Assembly: GCF_009914755.1 (NCBI RefSeq)
Contig: NC_060928.1
Length of the DNA stretch: 64,000 bases
Reading direction: 5' to 3' (one strand)
From: the human T2T-CHM13v2.0 reference genome, Homo sapiens
Part shown: piece by piece, positions 28,937-44,214 of the stretch
Layout of the letters: each line of letters opens with the position of its first letter
How positions within the stretch are numbered: the first letter of the stretch is position 1
Position numbers and translations under genes: made by a program
The notes under the pieces: generated by a model
Databases searched by the model: none
Told to the model about the DNA's origin: nothing
Seen by the model: the letters and a program-made list of their open reading frames with translations, nothing else

Positions 28937-29840
28937 CTCTAGAAAATGAAGTGCAACAGAATCATCCTTCACTCTGTTAAGGCCCTCCCTTTTGAAGTTT
29001 TAGGAGAGTACATAGAAGAAAGCAAAGATTAATGAAATTTATCTCATCTAACTTTAAGGAAAAGTCAGTACAAAGTAAGGAAATTACAATAATCCTTGGA
29101 TAGGCTGTGCTGAATAAGAACTTATATAATTGTAGTTGTTTGCTGAGGAGTATTTCATCCCTTTATGGTTTTGTGTCTAAATCTTGTAAATGCTTCAACA
29201 TTAGGAACTGTGCAGAACTCCTGCTTGACCTCATGAGAGGAGAGTTGTTTGTTACCCCAAGAAATAGTCATCATCCACTTCTCAAATGAGAGTCAAGGAA
29301 AAGTATTAGTCATTATTACCGCCTCTTATGAAAAGAGCATAACAAGAACTGTGGTAATGGAAGAGGGTGGGCTTTGAGTTTAGTCACAGGAGTTACAGGA
29401 GTCTTTTTTTTTAAACTTTAAGAAACTTATTCCATGTAGTATGTCCATATAAGGAGTCTTATGTTTTACAGTAAAAGAAGATCCTGGATCTGTATCAAAC
29501 CTTACTCACCTTTACAGCACCCGTATGAAGTAAACTGGGCCTAATCCTTACAGTTAACCCAACCCTGTGATTTATTTAGTAATACTAATTTAGGATCATA
29601 CATACAGTCAAGAGCTTCTGTGAGAGGAAAATTCATTTATCTAAGTTACGAACACATGAATATTGAAGTATTTTAGAGTTCTAAGACAAATAACTTACAT
29701 ATTTGAACCCAAATACTTCAATATGTAAATATTGGTATAACTCTTGCTGTGTGTTTAAGACATTATAATAATATAAATATATTAACATTTCTCCAAAAGT
29801 GCCTTGCATAAACCCAGATTCCAAATTGTTCACGTTAGGG

Positions 29841-30020
29841 CAATAGTTTTCAAACTTTTTGACTATGGCCCATAATAAGAAATACATGTTCTTATCACCA
29901 CTTATTGTATTACACACCTGAAACTAAACAATACTTATTATCCTTAACATATTCAGTGTACTCTGATCCTAAACTGATCACATGACTTAGTGGATCTCTG
30001 GCTTTTGAAAAATACAGCAT
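29841..30020. mobile_element. Short hAT-Charlie-type MITE fragment
   Basis: Degenerate TIR-like ends caatagttttcaaac / tttgaaaaatacag. Confidence 0.45.
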
Positions 30021-30816
30021 TATAGGATTTCTATTATTCATAAATCATTTGGAAGGCAGTCTTTTGTATTAGAGAAAAATAATTCTTGATGTACATTCTT
30101 TTTAAAAGAGAACTTGAATTCTGACACAAAGCATCTTTAAGTGATAGTTCAAATAGTTTAATTTCTGATTTTAGTATCTATAGTTATTTTTACTATATAT
30201 ATAATAGGCATAGCTTGTCTCACAAGTTTAATTAAAACATTTGGTTTATTCAACTTTTAAAAGTCATTAGGCAATTAAAAATTTTAATGGATATGTCAGA
30301 AATTCTCAGTGATTATGTTTGCTTTGCTGAGTATAAAAGAAGTTTTTCTTACATAATAAATATATACTTGCTAACTGATGTTTTAAAGTTTCCATAATGT
30401 ATACCATGCCAGCCTGTGCTTTCTCACTAAGCAGTGTTTTTACTGAGCCCTGTGAACTCCAGAGATACCTGCAAAAGTATTGTTGGAAGAGTCAAAGGCA
30501 GGGAATGGTTTAATATTTAATCCAGTCATTTTCTCATTTGGGAAAAAAGTGAAAGGTTTTTCAAAAGCTAAAACCCCAGAAATAAGCAGAAGTATTTGCC
30601 CTATAGCTCTGTCGGTCAGCTCTGTTAACCAACCCTTTTTAAACATAGATACTCTTTAGGATAGCCAAAGTTATCAACCATCCACCTCTTATACTTTCCA
30701 TTCTGTGCGTCTTTTGAGTATCTCAATGGATAGTGCTTGCCACATATTATTAAATGAATAATAATATGAATGACCCAATCAATACTGTAATATCAATGAC
30801 ATTTGGGAAATGGGAG

Positions 30817-31222
30817 TGTATGAATCCATTTGCACTACCATAAAGGAATGCCCAAGACTGGGTAATTTATAAAGAAAAGAGGTTTAATTGGCTCATGGTT
30901 CTGCAGGGTGTACAGGAAGTGTGGTGCCTGCATCTGCTTCTGGTGAGGGACTCAGGAAGCTTACAATCATGGCAGAAGGTGAAGAGGGAGCAGGCGTGTC
31001 ACATGGTGAGACAGGGAGCGAGAGAGAGAGACAAAGGGGAAGTCACAGACTCTTAACCAGATCTCATATGAACTAACTCACTTATCACCAAGGGGATGGT
31101 ACTAACCATTCATGAGGGACCTGCCCCCATTATCTAATTACCTCCTGCCTGGCCTCACCTCCAATATTGGAAATTACGTTTCAACATGAGATTTGGAAGG
31201 GACAAACAGCCAAACCACATCA
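30817..31222 (-). mobile_element. MSTA-like MaLR solo LTR
   Basis: Reverse MST LTR sequence; perfect 5-bp TSD GGGAG at 30812-30816 and 31223-31227. Confidence 0.9.
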
Positions 31223-32344
31223 GGGAGTTTTCATTGGACAAATAAGGAAAAATAATATGAGGACAAAAGCAGAGCACAGTATACTGAGGGAGCCCTGGCC
31301 TGGTAGGAGAGAAAAGAGGTAAGTAAAGAGTTGCAAAGACAACCTTGTCTACCTTGCTGATTTCTCTGGTATACAGGGAAAATAAGCCATTGAAAACAGT
31401 TTGATACAAGTTGCTGTGCTAAGATAGCAGATTTGTTTGAGAGGCTGCGTAGACCACCTCTATTCAGCCTAGTCTCCCCCAGTCTATGTTAAAAGATAAA
31501 TATGCAGCTAATTTAGTTCAGCCCAGGTTCATACTATAATTTCAGTGGTTACTGCCCTACCCCATTTGGAGGAAGAAAGGATAAGAGAAAAATATGTGTA
31601 TCTAAGACTTCTCGAGTTTATATAATGAGTCAGTTATGCCCATGTAATAGCTAGGTTGTATACATCAACACGGGAGTGGAACATGTATGCACCAGAATAA
31701 TGTTTCTCCTTTCAGAGTGAGCTTTCTTGCCTGTTAACAAGTAATGTATTTTTATTGATTCGTGTAAATATCAAGTGTTTAAAATTCATGTCACATACTT
31801 CTGAATATGACATATTACTAAATGCTACAGTTACTTTTTGTCAAAATGTTTTTAATAAAAGTGTTAAATAACAAATTTGTGTATTTTTGCTGACTAGTGA
31901 TGAGATGTAATAGCTTAAAGATGAAATGGAAATAATTTAACAAGTGCAATCTATTTCAGAATTGGGACAGAAAGGAAAATACAGCTCTGCTTTATTAAGT
32001 TTCATAAATTTTACAGGATTAAAGATGTTTTCATTTTTTCCCAATAATGAAAAAAAGATTGTTTTCCTCCTGATTGTTATTTATGCACAATAATATTAAA
32101 GAGAAATTGGCCTTTAACCCAACACTCTTTAATATAACCATGGAATTTTTTTTTGTTCCCTTCGAGTCCCAATGAATGTGTTTACATAATTTTTCATACT
32201 TAAAATCATAGCATGAATATGGTTTTAAAGTATGCATTCTTATTTAACATGGAATAAACAGAATGAGACTTTGCCTCTTTTAAAATTTTAGTTGGAAACT
32301 AACTAAAACCCTTCAGTAAAGAGATTTCTTCTTAAAGGCTTAAG

Positions 32345-32470
32345 ACCTCAAGGATTGGGAGCCCAAGGCAGGAAGATTGATTGCAGCAGGAATTTCAAGA
32401 CCAGCCTGCGTAACATAGTGAGACCTCCCCCCGACCCACTCTCTAAAAACAAAAAGCAAACAAATAAGAA
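32345..32470 (+). mobile_element. FLAM/Alu monomer fragment
   Basis: ggagcccaaggcaggaagattg...tcaagaccagcctgcgtaacatagtgagacc followed by an A-rich tail. Confidence 0.7.
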
Positions 32471-34332
32471 CAACCTCAAGGGAAGGGAATAAAAAAGAAA
32501 AGCAGGAGAGAGGATTGTACGAGAATATTTTGGGACCTGGGAAGAAAGGCAATAACTTACATAGCAAACCTTTGACATCTGAATCCTGGATAAGAAACCA
32601 AGAACTAACCAGTTTGCATTTCACAGTCTTCAAAAGGCTTGGGATTTGATGGCATCAAGATTTCTAGACCCTCTTTCCCCTTTCACACCTTGTGATGACT
32701 ACCCCTTGCCTATCCAAGGAGAATGCTATGCTTCTTGTCAGGATGGACGAAAAAGAGGGTTTCTTGATGGAGGATATGACACTAAATTGAAGTAAAAGGT
32801 ACCACAGTACCAATCCATAAACAGATTAAGTGAAATCTGAATGCCGAGAACCACAGTTTTATTGCCCCATTTGTCTCCCAGAACGTAGACTTAAAGTTAT
32901 TTATATTGAGGGTTCTCTACAAAAGGCCAGCAGATGACCCTATAGGGAATCTTGCAGTCAACAAGACTACTCGTACTCATAGCTCCTAATCAGTTTATTA
33001 TTATTATTATTTTTAGTTCCTAACTTCATCAATGGCAGACAGCTCAAGAGGTGAGGGCAATCTCTAACATGGAAGATAAATAGAGAAAAGCAACAGTACA
33101 CTTTTCTTAAGGAGAACAGAAAAGAGCTTGAGCATTAAGAATAATTGCTAAGATGAAAGACAAAAATTGGAGAAATAGTTGTACGAGTAAAGGAAAAAAA
33201 AAAGGAGATAGAAAATAAAAGAGAAAATATAAGAAGATCAGACCAAGAGTATTAGAAAAGTTAACAGAGAGGAGGAAATTGCCAAATAAGTATCACAGAA
33301 CTGAAATACAAAATTTCCTACATTGCAAATATCTGTCAAATAAATGTCCTAAGGAATGAAAATACACCCAGACCATAGCGCATCAATGTGAAATTTTACA
33401 ATGCTGAGGACAAAGAACATCTTACAAGCTTCTAGAGAGGATGGGGGAAGTAAAGTTGAATACAAAAGATCATGAGTCCGTGGACATATGTCTCAAAACA
33501 ACATTGGCAGCCAGAAGAAAATGCAATGTTGCCTTCAAAATTTTTAGGGAAGCCAGATCAATTAGGCAAGGAAGAAATAAAGGGTGTCAAAGTTGGAAAG
33601 GAAAAAGTCAAATTGTGCCTGCAAACATGATCTTATATCAAGAAAAACCTACAGACTCCACCAAAAACCTCTTAGAACCAAAAAATGAATTCAGTAATGT
33701 TGCAGGATACAAAATCAACATGCAAAAATCAGTAGCATTTCTACACACTAACAGTAAACTAGCTGAAAAGGAGATCAAGAAGGCAATCCTATTTACAATA
33801 GCTATAAAACATATAGGAATAAACTTAACCAAGGAGGTGAAAGACCTACAAGGAAAACTACAAAACACTGATGAGGGAAACTGAAGAGAATACCAGCAAC
33901 TAGAAGGACATCCCATGCTTATGGATTGGAAGAGTTAATATTGTTAAAACGGTCATACTATTCAAAGCAATCTGCAGATTCAATGCAATCCCTGTCAAAA
34001 TACCAATGACTTTTTTTTTGTGGAGATAGAAAAAAGTAGCTTAAAGTTTTCATGGAACCACATGTAAAACCCAAACTATAAAACTAGTAGGCAAAAACAA
34101 AAGAGAAATGCTTCAGGACATTGGTCTAAGAAATGTTTATGTATAAGACGTCAGAACACAGGCAACGAAAGCAAAAATAAATAGGATCATATCAAATGAA
34201 AAAGCTTTTGCAAAGCACAGAAAACAACAGAGTGAAAAGAGAGGCTACAGAATGGGAGAAAATATTTGCAAATTATTCATCCAACTGGGGATTTATTCCA
34301 GAATATCCAAGGAACTCAAACATCTCAACAGC

Positions 34333-34560
34333 AGGGTCTCACTCTGTCACACAGGCTAGAGTGCAGTGGCCACCTTAGCCTCCCAAGTAGCTGGGACTAC
34401 AGGCGTGCACCATCATGCCCCATTTGTTTTTGTATTTTTTGTAGAGACAGGGTTTTACCATGCTTCCCAGGCTGGTCTTGAACTCCTGGGCTCAAGCAGT
34501 CCACCTGCCTTAGCTTCCCAAAATGCTGGGACTATAGGCGTGAACCACTGTGTCTGCCCC
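34333..34560 (-). mobile_element. Alu (AluJ-like, internally deleted, tail-less) within L1
   Basis: Reverse Alu sequence. Confidence 0.82.
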
Positions 34561-34825
34561 AGTCCCATTTTTAAAATGGGCAAATTATCTAAACAGATAC
34601 ATCTCAAAAGAAGATACAAAAATGGCTAACCAATGTATGATAAAATGTTCAGTATCACTAATCTTCAGGGAAATGCAAATCGAAACCACAATGACATATT
34701 ATCTCACCCCAGTTAGGATGGCTATTATTAAAAAGACAAAAGTTAACAAATCCTGGTGAGGATGTGGAGAAAAAAGAACTCACACTGGGAGTGTCAACTA
34801 GCACAGCCACTAGGGAGGTTCCTCA

Positions 34826-35135
<310 letters not shown>

Positions 35136-37032
35136 ACACAAATAGAACTACTGTATGAGCCAGCTGTCTCCTTACTGGGTATTTATCAAAAGGAAAGGAA
35201 GTCAGTATTGAAGAAACATTACACACCCATGTTTACTGCAGCACTGTTCACAATAGATATGGGATCAACCTAGATGCCTAAATACATGAAGAGGTAAAAT
35301 GTGATGTATATGTATATACACACACACACACAATGGAATACTATTCAGCCACCGAAAAGAATGAAATCCTGTTTTCTTGCAACAACATGGATGGAACTGG
35401 AAGACATTATGTTAAGTGAAATAAACCAGGAATAGAAAGTTAAACACTGTATGTTCTCACACATGTGGAAGCTTAAAGTTGATTTTATAGAAGTAAAAAA
35501 AAAAAAAAAAAAACGGATACTAGAGGTTGGGAAAGGTAGCAGGAAGAGGGATAATAGGGAAAGATTAGATACAGAAGATACAAAATTACAGCTAGATAGG
35601 AGGAGTAAGCTTTAGTGTTCTGTACCATTGTAGGATAACTATCGTTGACAATAATTATTACATAGTTTCAGATAGCTAGGGGGAGGATATTGAATGTTTC
35701 CAACACAAAGTACTTGAGATGATGAATAAGCTAATTACCCTGATCTGCTTACTATTCATTATATGTAACACCACAGTGTACCCCATATACAATTATTATT
35801 TGTCAAATAATTACACTTTTTTATTTTTTGAGGGAAAATGACTTCCAACATAGAATCCTATACTCTGTCATACTATCAGTTAAGTGTGAGATTATAATAA
35901 GGATATTGTCACACATGAACATCTCAGAAAATTTCTTAAATACTTTATCTCTGGAAGCCACTGGAAGTTGGGTTCCACCAAAACAAGGGATTTAAATGAA
36001 GAAAAACTACATAGGAGCTGAAAACGAAATCCAACAAGAATCCCAAGTATTACAGTGATGTTATCGTCCCATGTGGCATGCTTTCAAGAAGCAACCAATC
36101 CAGGTTGGGTTAGGTCAAAAAACTGGTGGGATGGTGCTTAGGAGAGTTCTTACAGGAAATGAAATTGATTAATATCTAAAGTGAATGCATTAAGATTAGA
36201 AAACTGCTGGAGTGTTTGGAGTTGCATTAATAACAAGCACATAGCTAAGCAAATGAGGAAAACATTATTCCAGGAAAAATGAATTAGTGTATTACTGAAA
36301 CACAACTAGTGATATAAACAAAATTACATATAATTAGAAAGATGATGGAGAGTATGGTGAACACAGGAAAGAAAGAAAACTAGTGTTTCATCTTTCATAG
36401 TAGAAATTTGATCAGAAATGCCAAATAAACTAGCAGTACAAATATGTAGTTTAGATAATACGTAAGTAAACAGTATGAATTAGCTAAAAGAGCTTCATGT
36501 ATTTGTGAGGAAGAAGAAATGGAGGAGAGGAAACTGGAGTCTGCTGATAATATTAGGCTAACTCTTTAAATTCATAGAGTTGTAATAAAAATAAAACCTT
36601 AGTAAATGAGGCTTCTTGCCAAAGGCCTGTTGAGGATCCATGGCACTTAATTGATAGATATAATGTCCAAATTATACTTCATGCTGTCTTTTCACTCTGT
36701 TCACCTGCAGGTTAAGTACAGATTTTGTTCTATAATTCCTATATTAATAATGGTGCATAATTTCCTTATACTGGCAAACAGAGCCTGAGTTACATAGCAA
36801 CAGTGATTTGGTTTCCTTTTATTAAGTGTTTGGAGGAAAAGAATGTGGATTGGAAGGAATAGAGTACCAATACTATTATTTTAAAGAAGAGTAAGAACAT
36901 GTAACTAGATGAATGATGATGTCTATATACTTTACCTATGATTTTATGTTTTTGAAATCCATCTCACTTGGACAATTCTCTGAAGCAGAGGGATAACCAA
37001 CAAAGTTCCAGGGATAAATCATCTCTACTTAC

Positions 37033-37337
37033 TTTTTATTTATTTTTTTTCTTTTTGGGACAGAGTCTCACTGTGTCACCCAGACTGGAGTGCAGTGGCA
37101 TGATCTCTGCTCACTGCACCTCTGCCTCTCAGGTTTAAGTGATTGTTGTGCCTCAGCCTCCTGAGTAGCTGGGACTATAGGTGTATGCCATCACGCCCAG
37201 CTAATTTTTGTATTTTTAGTAGAGACAGAGTTTTGCCATGTTGGCCAGGCTGGTCTCAAACTCCTGGGCTCAAGGGATCTGCCCACCCCAGACTCCGGAA
37301 GTGTTGGGATTGCAGGGATGAGCCACCATGCCCGGCC
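37033..37337 (-). mobile_element. Alu (AluJ-like)
   Basis: Reverse Alu; TSD tcatctcta. Confidence 0.9.
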
Positions 37338-37704
37338 TCATCTCTAAATGAAACCTCCTTTTTGGGTGGAGTGTGCTGACATTTGCTGAATGTGGTCTCT
37401 GAGGGTTTCAGTATCTTATTGGAAAAGACACCCTACCCTTACTTTTTTTCCCCCTTGGCATGTGAAGTAAGAGCTAAAGCCGTAGTTTTTTGTGACATTA
37501 AAGAATCATACTTAAAGTCTTGGAGTGGATTTTTGTCATTTTGGAATAGATCCGTTGACAATGTGCACCAAAGCAGTGTAATAAAATGTTGATCAAAACT
37601 GTATTTAACCATATTAATGTGTGTCTCTCCTGTTAAATTTGCAAATTTCTTACTTGATAGTAACACAAGAGATTTACCAGAGACTAGCGAGCAGAATGTA
37701 ACCC

Positions 37705-38950
37705 TGATAATTCATTTACATGTTCATTTACTCATAAATAACTTCATTTTGGACACCTGCTTTATACCAGGGACTATTCTGTGCACTATGTTTCTGGTGG
37801 TTGAAGCAGTATGTACTGCCCCTGCCCTCAAGGAGCTTATAGTTTAGTGTGTAAGATGGACATTTATTTTAAAATAGTTTGCAAATAAACTAACATATAA
37901 TTACAAGTTATTATAATTGCTAGTATGAGAAAGTAATAGAGTAAGGTAAGGGATTAATTTAAATTAGAAGCATCAACTCTAGGTGGGAAAGAGCATTTTC
38001 AGACAATCAGTATTTTCAAAATGTCTACCTCCTACATACACATTATACAGTAGCTTTCTCACGACACTGCTGGAGGATGCTGCCATCAAAACAAAACAAA
38101 TGAAAGAGAAAAGGCATAGATAACAGGGTATCTAGTACAGGAAGGAGAGATAATGATAAAGATAACCCAGGAGGCCAGCTGTGCTACCAGAGAGACCAGT
38201 ATATATTAGATTAGGTCAGAATTCACTGAAAGAAACTTGTAGAAAAATTAATAGGATACTTAATGCAACCAAAGACATTGAGAGGAGAATTGGAGAGAAA
38301 TGGAATGGATTTGGGTTGGATTTTGGAGGTAGATTGACAGACCTTGGTGATTTATTAGATGTGGAAGTTGAGTGATAATAAATGAGCAGTGACTCCTAGA
38401 TTTCTGCCTGTGCAGATAGACAGAGTGTTCATATACTGAGTTGAGGAACCCTGGAGGAGGAAGATTTCACAGTATGTCAAAAGCCCCTTTTTGGTATTGA
38501 GTTTAGAATGCTAGAGAGATACTCAAGTAGAGGTGTCAAATGGGCAGTTAAATAGCCTGATGTCCAGAAGAGGGTTATGAATATTTATGTTGTATAAATA
38601 TCAACACAGAGATGCTGTTTGGTGCTATGGAAGAGCATTGGATAGCCTCAGGTGAGAATAAGGACTGAGAAGGTAAAGCAAAGGATGAATCCTAAGGAAC
38701 TAGAATTTATACAGGTCTTGTGGAAAAGGAGGAACAATTATAGGAGATTGCTAAGTGTAGAGGCAGGTAGGCCAAAACTAGTAGATTTAGTAATGCATGT
38801 GAGTTGAGAGAGTAGAGGCAGTGTATGTAAGCAATGTTATCAGAAACTTATTTGTAAAAGCAAAAATGAGCTTGAATGGTAGTTGATAGAGGTGGACTAG
38901 GGGGAGGATGTTTGTTTTTAATATTGTTTTATGTGAGAAATACCAAAGTA
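37705..38950 (-). mobile_element. L2 fragments
   Basis: ttcatttacatgttcatttactc...cctgccctcaaggagcttatagtttag and ggaggtagattgacagaccttggtgatttattagatgtgg are typical L2 antisense motifs. Confidence 0.7.
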
Positions 38951-39442
38951 TATATAAATGCTGATCAATGGTGAGGCTCTAGGAGAGGTTGGAGATGCTG
39001 AGAGGCAGGAATGAATGAAACCCCAATTACTCATGCAGAATTAGTCTTCAATAGTAGATATGTCAGGACCAGTGTAGAAAACATTCCACTTTAATGATAC
39101 TAAAGATAAGTCACCTTTAATTCATCCATATAAAATATGTTATGAGAAATTTTTCTTTGACTAAAATCCTTAAAACTATGAATTTATGACTTAGTAATTT
39201 TGTTGTTGCTGTGGTTACTAGAGAACCTTTTTTTATAGCTCAAATATAATTGGGTCAGAACATTTTCTCTAAAGCCTTAGATATTTTTCCTTTTCAGGGA
39301 CATTAAAAATGGATTTGATTGTTCCCATATTTGAAGAGTATTTGTATTTATCAGTAATGGTACAAAATAACTAAGTATTGAAAGTATTAGAAAACAGTTT
39401 CTGGACTTTATTTGGTTTAAGTTTTTCTTTTTTATTTTACAG

Positions 39443-39568
39443 AGTCAAGTAAAGAACAGTTTGCCAGTACAAACATTGCTGAAGAGCTAGTAAAACTCTT
39501 CAAGAAACAAATAGAACATGATAAGAGAGAAATGATTTTTGAAGTTCTTGCTCCATTGGCAGAAAATG
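39443..39568 (+). CDS. RAP1GDS1: RAP1GDS1 exon 7 (126 nt)
   Basis: tattttacag|AGTCAAGT...GAAAATG|gtgaga; (E)SSKEQFASTNIAEELVKLFKKQIEHDKREMIFEVLAPLAEN. Confidence 0.96.
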
Positions 39569-42375
39569 GTGAGAAACTTAAATGCACCTTTGGATTTTTG
39601 ATCATGTATGCTTTAAACTTTTTTCCTAATATTATTTAATTGCCAGCCATTTGACTCAAAACCATTCTTTATTAGTGATATGTTTTATTTTGCATATCTC
39701 TAACTTTAGCTATGTTATCTACTCCATAGCTATATCTACATTGGCCAAAGCAACTTTCCAGGTTCCTTTGATTTTAAAATCTTAGAAAAGATACTTCTGT
39801 AGCTAACACATTCTTGTGCCATTCTGGAAAAGGCAGCTGAGAGGCTGAGCTCTACTTCTACACACTTGTAAGGCAAAGGGGATAAAAGTTGGAGTCTCAG
39901 GCCTGCCAACAGTGAAGATACTGGTTAATCACTCCCTTCTTTGGGCAGAAAAATCTTAAGAGATGCATCGTAGAAATAAGAATGAATCAGAAGAAACAAA
40001 CTATTCCATATTAGTAATTTTTCAAATATAATGTCTAACACGTACTCAAAGAGGATCAGATATTAATACATAAGACAAAACACACTGTAAGCAAGAGTAG
40101 GCAGCAAATCTTCAGATACTGGAATTATTAGACACTGATTCAAAACAGGTGTGCTTATTGTGTTCAAAGAGGTAAAAGCTAGCTTAAATAATTTAGAAGG
40201 AAACTAAAAACTATTTTTAAAAAGTGGCATAGCAGATTTAAGAATGAAATAAATGGAAATTTCTGAATTGAAAAATACAACCAAAATTAAGAATTCAGTG
40301 GGTGGTTTAATAGCAGATTTAATAGATACTGTTGAATTAAAGAACCAGTGAACTGGAAAACGGGTTGGAAAGAAATCCAATATGAACTAAAAGGAAAGAA
40401 GAACACATTTACATAAAAGAGAATAAGAGGTCAGAGGAAAAAATGAGACATTCTCATATGCATTTTTTGGAGTCCCAAAAGGAGAGTAGAGAAGGTGGGG
40501 AGGGGAGTGTGCAGAGGCAATATTTGAAGAAATTTTGGCAGAGAATTTATCAGAAATTATGAAAAATGCAAAGATCCAAGAAGCCCTTTGAACCCAAAAT
40601 ATGATAAACAAAAATCCACATCTAGATGCCTCATACTGAAAATGTAGAAAACCAATGACCAAAATTATTATCTTCAAAGTAACAACAGTTTGGCTGACAG
40701 CTACCTTCTCAACAGCAACAATGAAAGCCAGATGTTATAAATGTGGTTTGTCAGAAGGAAAATGATATAGATGCAGGGGAGAATAAAGACCAAAAAAAAC
40801 GGTAGATATATAGGTAAATCTTATAAACATTGAATATATCAAAAAAATAACTTATTGTGAAGTTTACAATGTACATTTATGTGATTTAAAATATACCACA
40901 AACTGAGCTTATAAATAAGAAGAAAGGTAAAAGGAGTTAGAGTCCTAAGACACTTGTGTTATCTGGAAGACTCTGGTTATTTAGTCACTTTTAACTTTTA
41001 AGGTGACTACTAAAGTAATTTTTTAAAATGATATATAGCTGCAGAACAAATGGAAGCGACTTATGGAAAGGTTTTTTAATACCCTAGTAATGCAAAACAA
41101 GAAAAAAGAGGAAAGAAAAAGGAACACGAATCATAGAGGACAAATGAAGCATAAAAATACAGTTTTAAGACACAGTATTTCAGTAATTACGTTAAATGTG
41201 GCCTAAATGCTCTAATTAAAAGACCATTTGTCACTTGTGTTTTAAAATAAATAACTATACTACTTAAGCAATACTTATTAAATATGAGATTTAAAAGATT
41301 GAGAATAATAGGGTAGAAAAAATATACCAGTGAAACCTAAGGAAGGCTGGGGTAGTTATATTAATATCAAGTAAAATAGATTTTAAGATGAAAAGACTTG
41401 CTAGAGATAAAGAGGGTGACTTTAGTAATAAAAGGTCCAATTTACCTAGAAAAAAAATAACCATTATACATTATCCCAAAACATACGGAGCAAAAACATT
41501 CAGAACTATGAAGAGAAACAGACAAATCCACAAATATTGTGAGAAATTTTAATACCTCTTTCAATAATTTATAGAATAAGATAGAAGAATAAGGTTATAG
41601 AAAATTTGAAAATGATTAAGACAATTGATTTAATGGACCTATTTTAGAACACTTCAACTACAGAGCTCTTTCAAGTACATATGAAACATTTAAGAACATG
41701 TATACTTGTCATGAAAGAAAGAAATTTCAAAAGATTGCTATCATACAAAGTATTTCTTTGACCTAAGTGAGTTGTCTAGTAACCAATTATAAAAAGAAAA
41801 CCAGGAAATCGCTGTATGTTTACATGGTAAGAAATATACTTCCAGTACCTCAGAGGTCAAAAAAGAATTGTAATGGAAATTAGAAATTTTTCTAGTAGTG
41901 AAAATGAAAATGCTATATCTCAGATCTTACGTGTTACAAGTAAAGACCTATTCAGAGGGAAATTTTTTGCTCTAAATGCTTATATTAGAAAAGGAAAAGA
42001 ACTAAAATCAATGAGCCCAGTATTCATCTCAGGAATTTAGGGGAAAGAAAATATAAACCCAAAAAACCACAAGGTAATTTTTCAACCCTCACCTTCCAAT
42101 TTGTGTGAATATGCTCATAGTAGTCTCTGATAATCTTTTGTATTTCTGTGGTAGCAGCTATAATGTCACCTTTATTGTTTCTGATTGTACTTATTTGAAT
42201 CTTCTCTCTTTTTTTTTGTTAATCTAGCTAGTGGTCTATTAATTTTGTTAATCTGCACTTGTACTCCCTAAATCTACAAAAAAAAATTTTTTAAGTAGTT
42301 AACTGGAATAAAATACAACAATGTTAACAAAATCCAAGAGTAATATATATTCTTTTAAAAAGCAGAAGAAAAGAT

Positions 42376-42812
42376 AGGGTATCAACCTAAGTGTCCATCA
42401 GTGGATGAGTGGATAAAGAAAATGGGGTGTGTATACACACACACACACACACACACAACATGGAATACTACTCAGCTATAAAAAAGAATGAAATAATGTC
42501 TTTTGCAGCAACTTAAATGGAACTAGAGGGCATTAATTCTAAGTGAAGTAACCAAATGCCACCTATTCTCACAAGTGGCAGCTACGCTATGTGTACACAA
42601 AGGCATAGAGAGTGGATAGAATGGACTTTGGAGACAGAGGGAGGTAGTGAGATGAGGGGGTGAGGGGTAAAAAACTACTTATTAGGTACAGTGTACACTA
42701 TTCAGATGACAGATGACCTAAAATCCTAGACTTTGCCACTATACAATTCATCCATGTAACCAAAAACCACTTGTACCACTAAAGCTATTGAAATTTTAAA
42801 AAAAATAATAAT
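42376..42812 (+). mobile_element. L1MA/L1PB-like 3'-end insertion containing a (CA)n tract (42435-42457)
   Basis: caacctaagtgtccatcagtggatgagtggataaagaaaatg...aaccacttgtaccactaaagctattgaaat plus A-tail; TSD aagcagaag(a/g)aa. Confidence 0.8.
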
Positions 42813-43021
42813 AAGCAGAAGGAAGGAAATGTAAAGAGCTGAAATAAAATGGAAAACATACAGTGCAACACAAACATATAATTACTACAGTTGAGTCTGA
42901 AAAGACAGTGGAATTGGTAAACCCGTAGTGAGATTAATGATGAAAAGAGAGAGAAAGCATAATTAACCAAAATTAAGAATGCAAGAGGAGGAGACCTTAC
43001 CGCAGGTCTTACAGCTATTAA

Positions 43022-43414
<393 letters not shown>

Positions 43415-44214
43415 TAAAGTATGACTGATACAAGAATAGAAAAGCTGAGTAATCTTACCTTAAGAATTCTTCCAGAGAATAGGAAAAGGAAATATACTTA
43501 CCAATTTATTTTAATGAGGCTAATGAAACCTTTATACCAAATCCCAACAAAGACAATACATGAATGAAAATTAAAGGCTAGTCTCACCATGAACATAGAT
43601 CCAAAATTCCTCCTAAAATTTTAGCAAATTTACTCTAGTAATATATTAAAAAAATTAATCACACCAAATTGCATTTATTCTGAAAGTGTAACACAATTTA
43701 ATATTTGAAATGCAACTAGTATAATTCATCACCTTAAAATATTTAAGGGGAGAAACCATGATCTTCTCAGATTTTAAAAAAAGCTTTTCATAAAATTAAG
43801 TGTTCATTCATTATTTTTAAAAACTTAGGAAAACAGGACTAGGAAGGTCTTCAATCTGAAAAAGATATCTATGAGAAGGCTGAAGAAAACATCACAATCA
43901 ATGGTGAAATAAAAAAGCATTTGCTTTGAGATTGGGACAAGAAGGATCATCCCCGCTTCCATTTAACATTGTATTGTAAGAAGTATCCAGTGCATTAAAG
44001 AGAATAAAAGAAAAAAAATTAAGATAAAGCAATAAAACTCTCATTCATTTATGATGTGATTATGCATATTTAATTCAAAAGAATCTATAGATCAGTTTTA
44101 TAGATCTTTTTTTAAATCAGAATTTTGTTAGGTTACTGCCAAAAAACAAACAAGAATTTCTATATACCAAAAAAGAAAAAACAGAAAATAAAATGTGAAA
44201 AATACGTTGGATAG

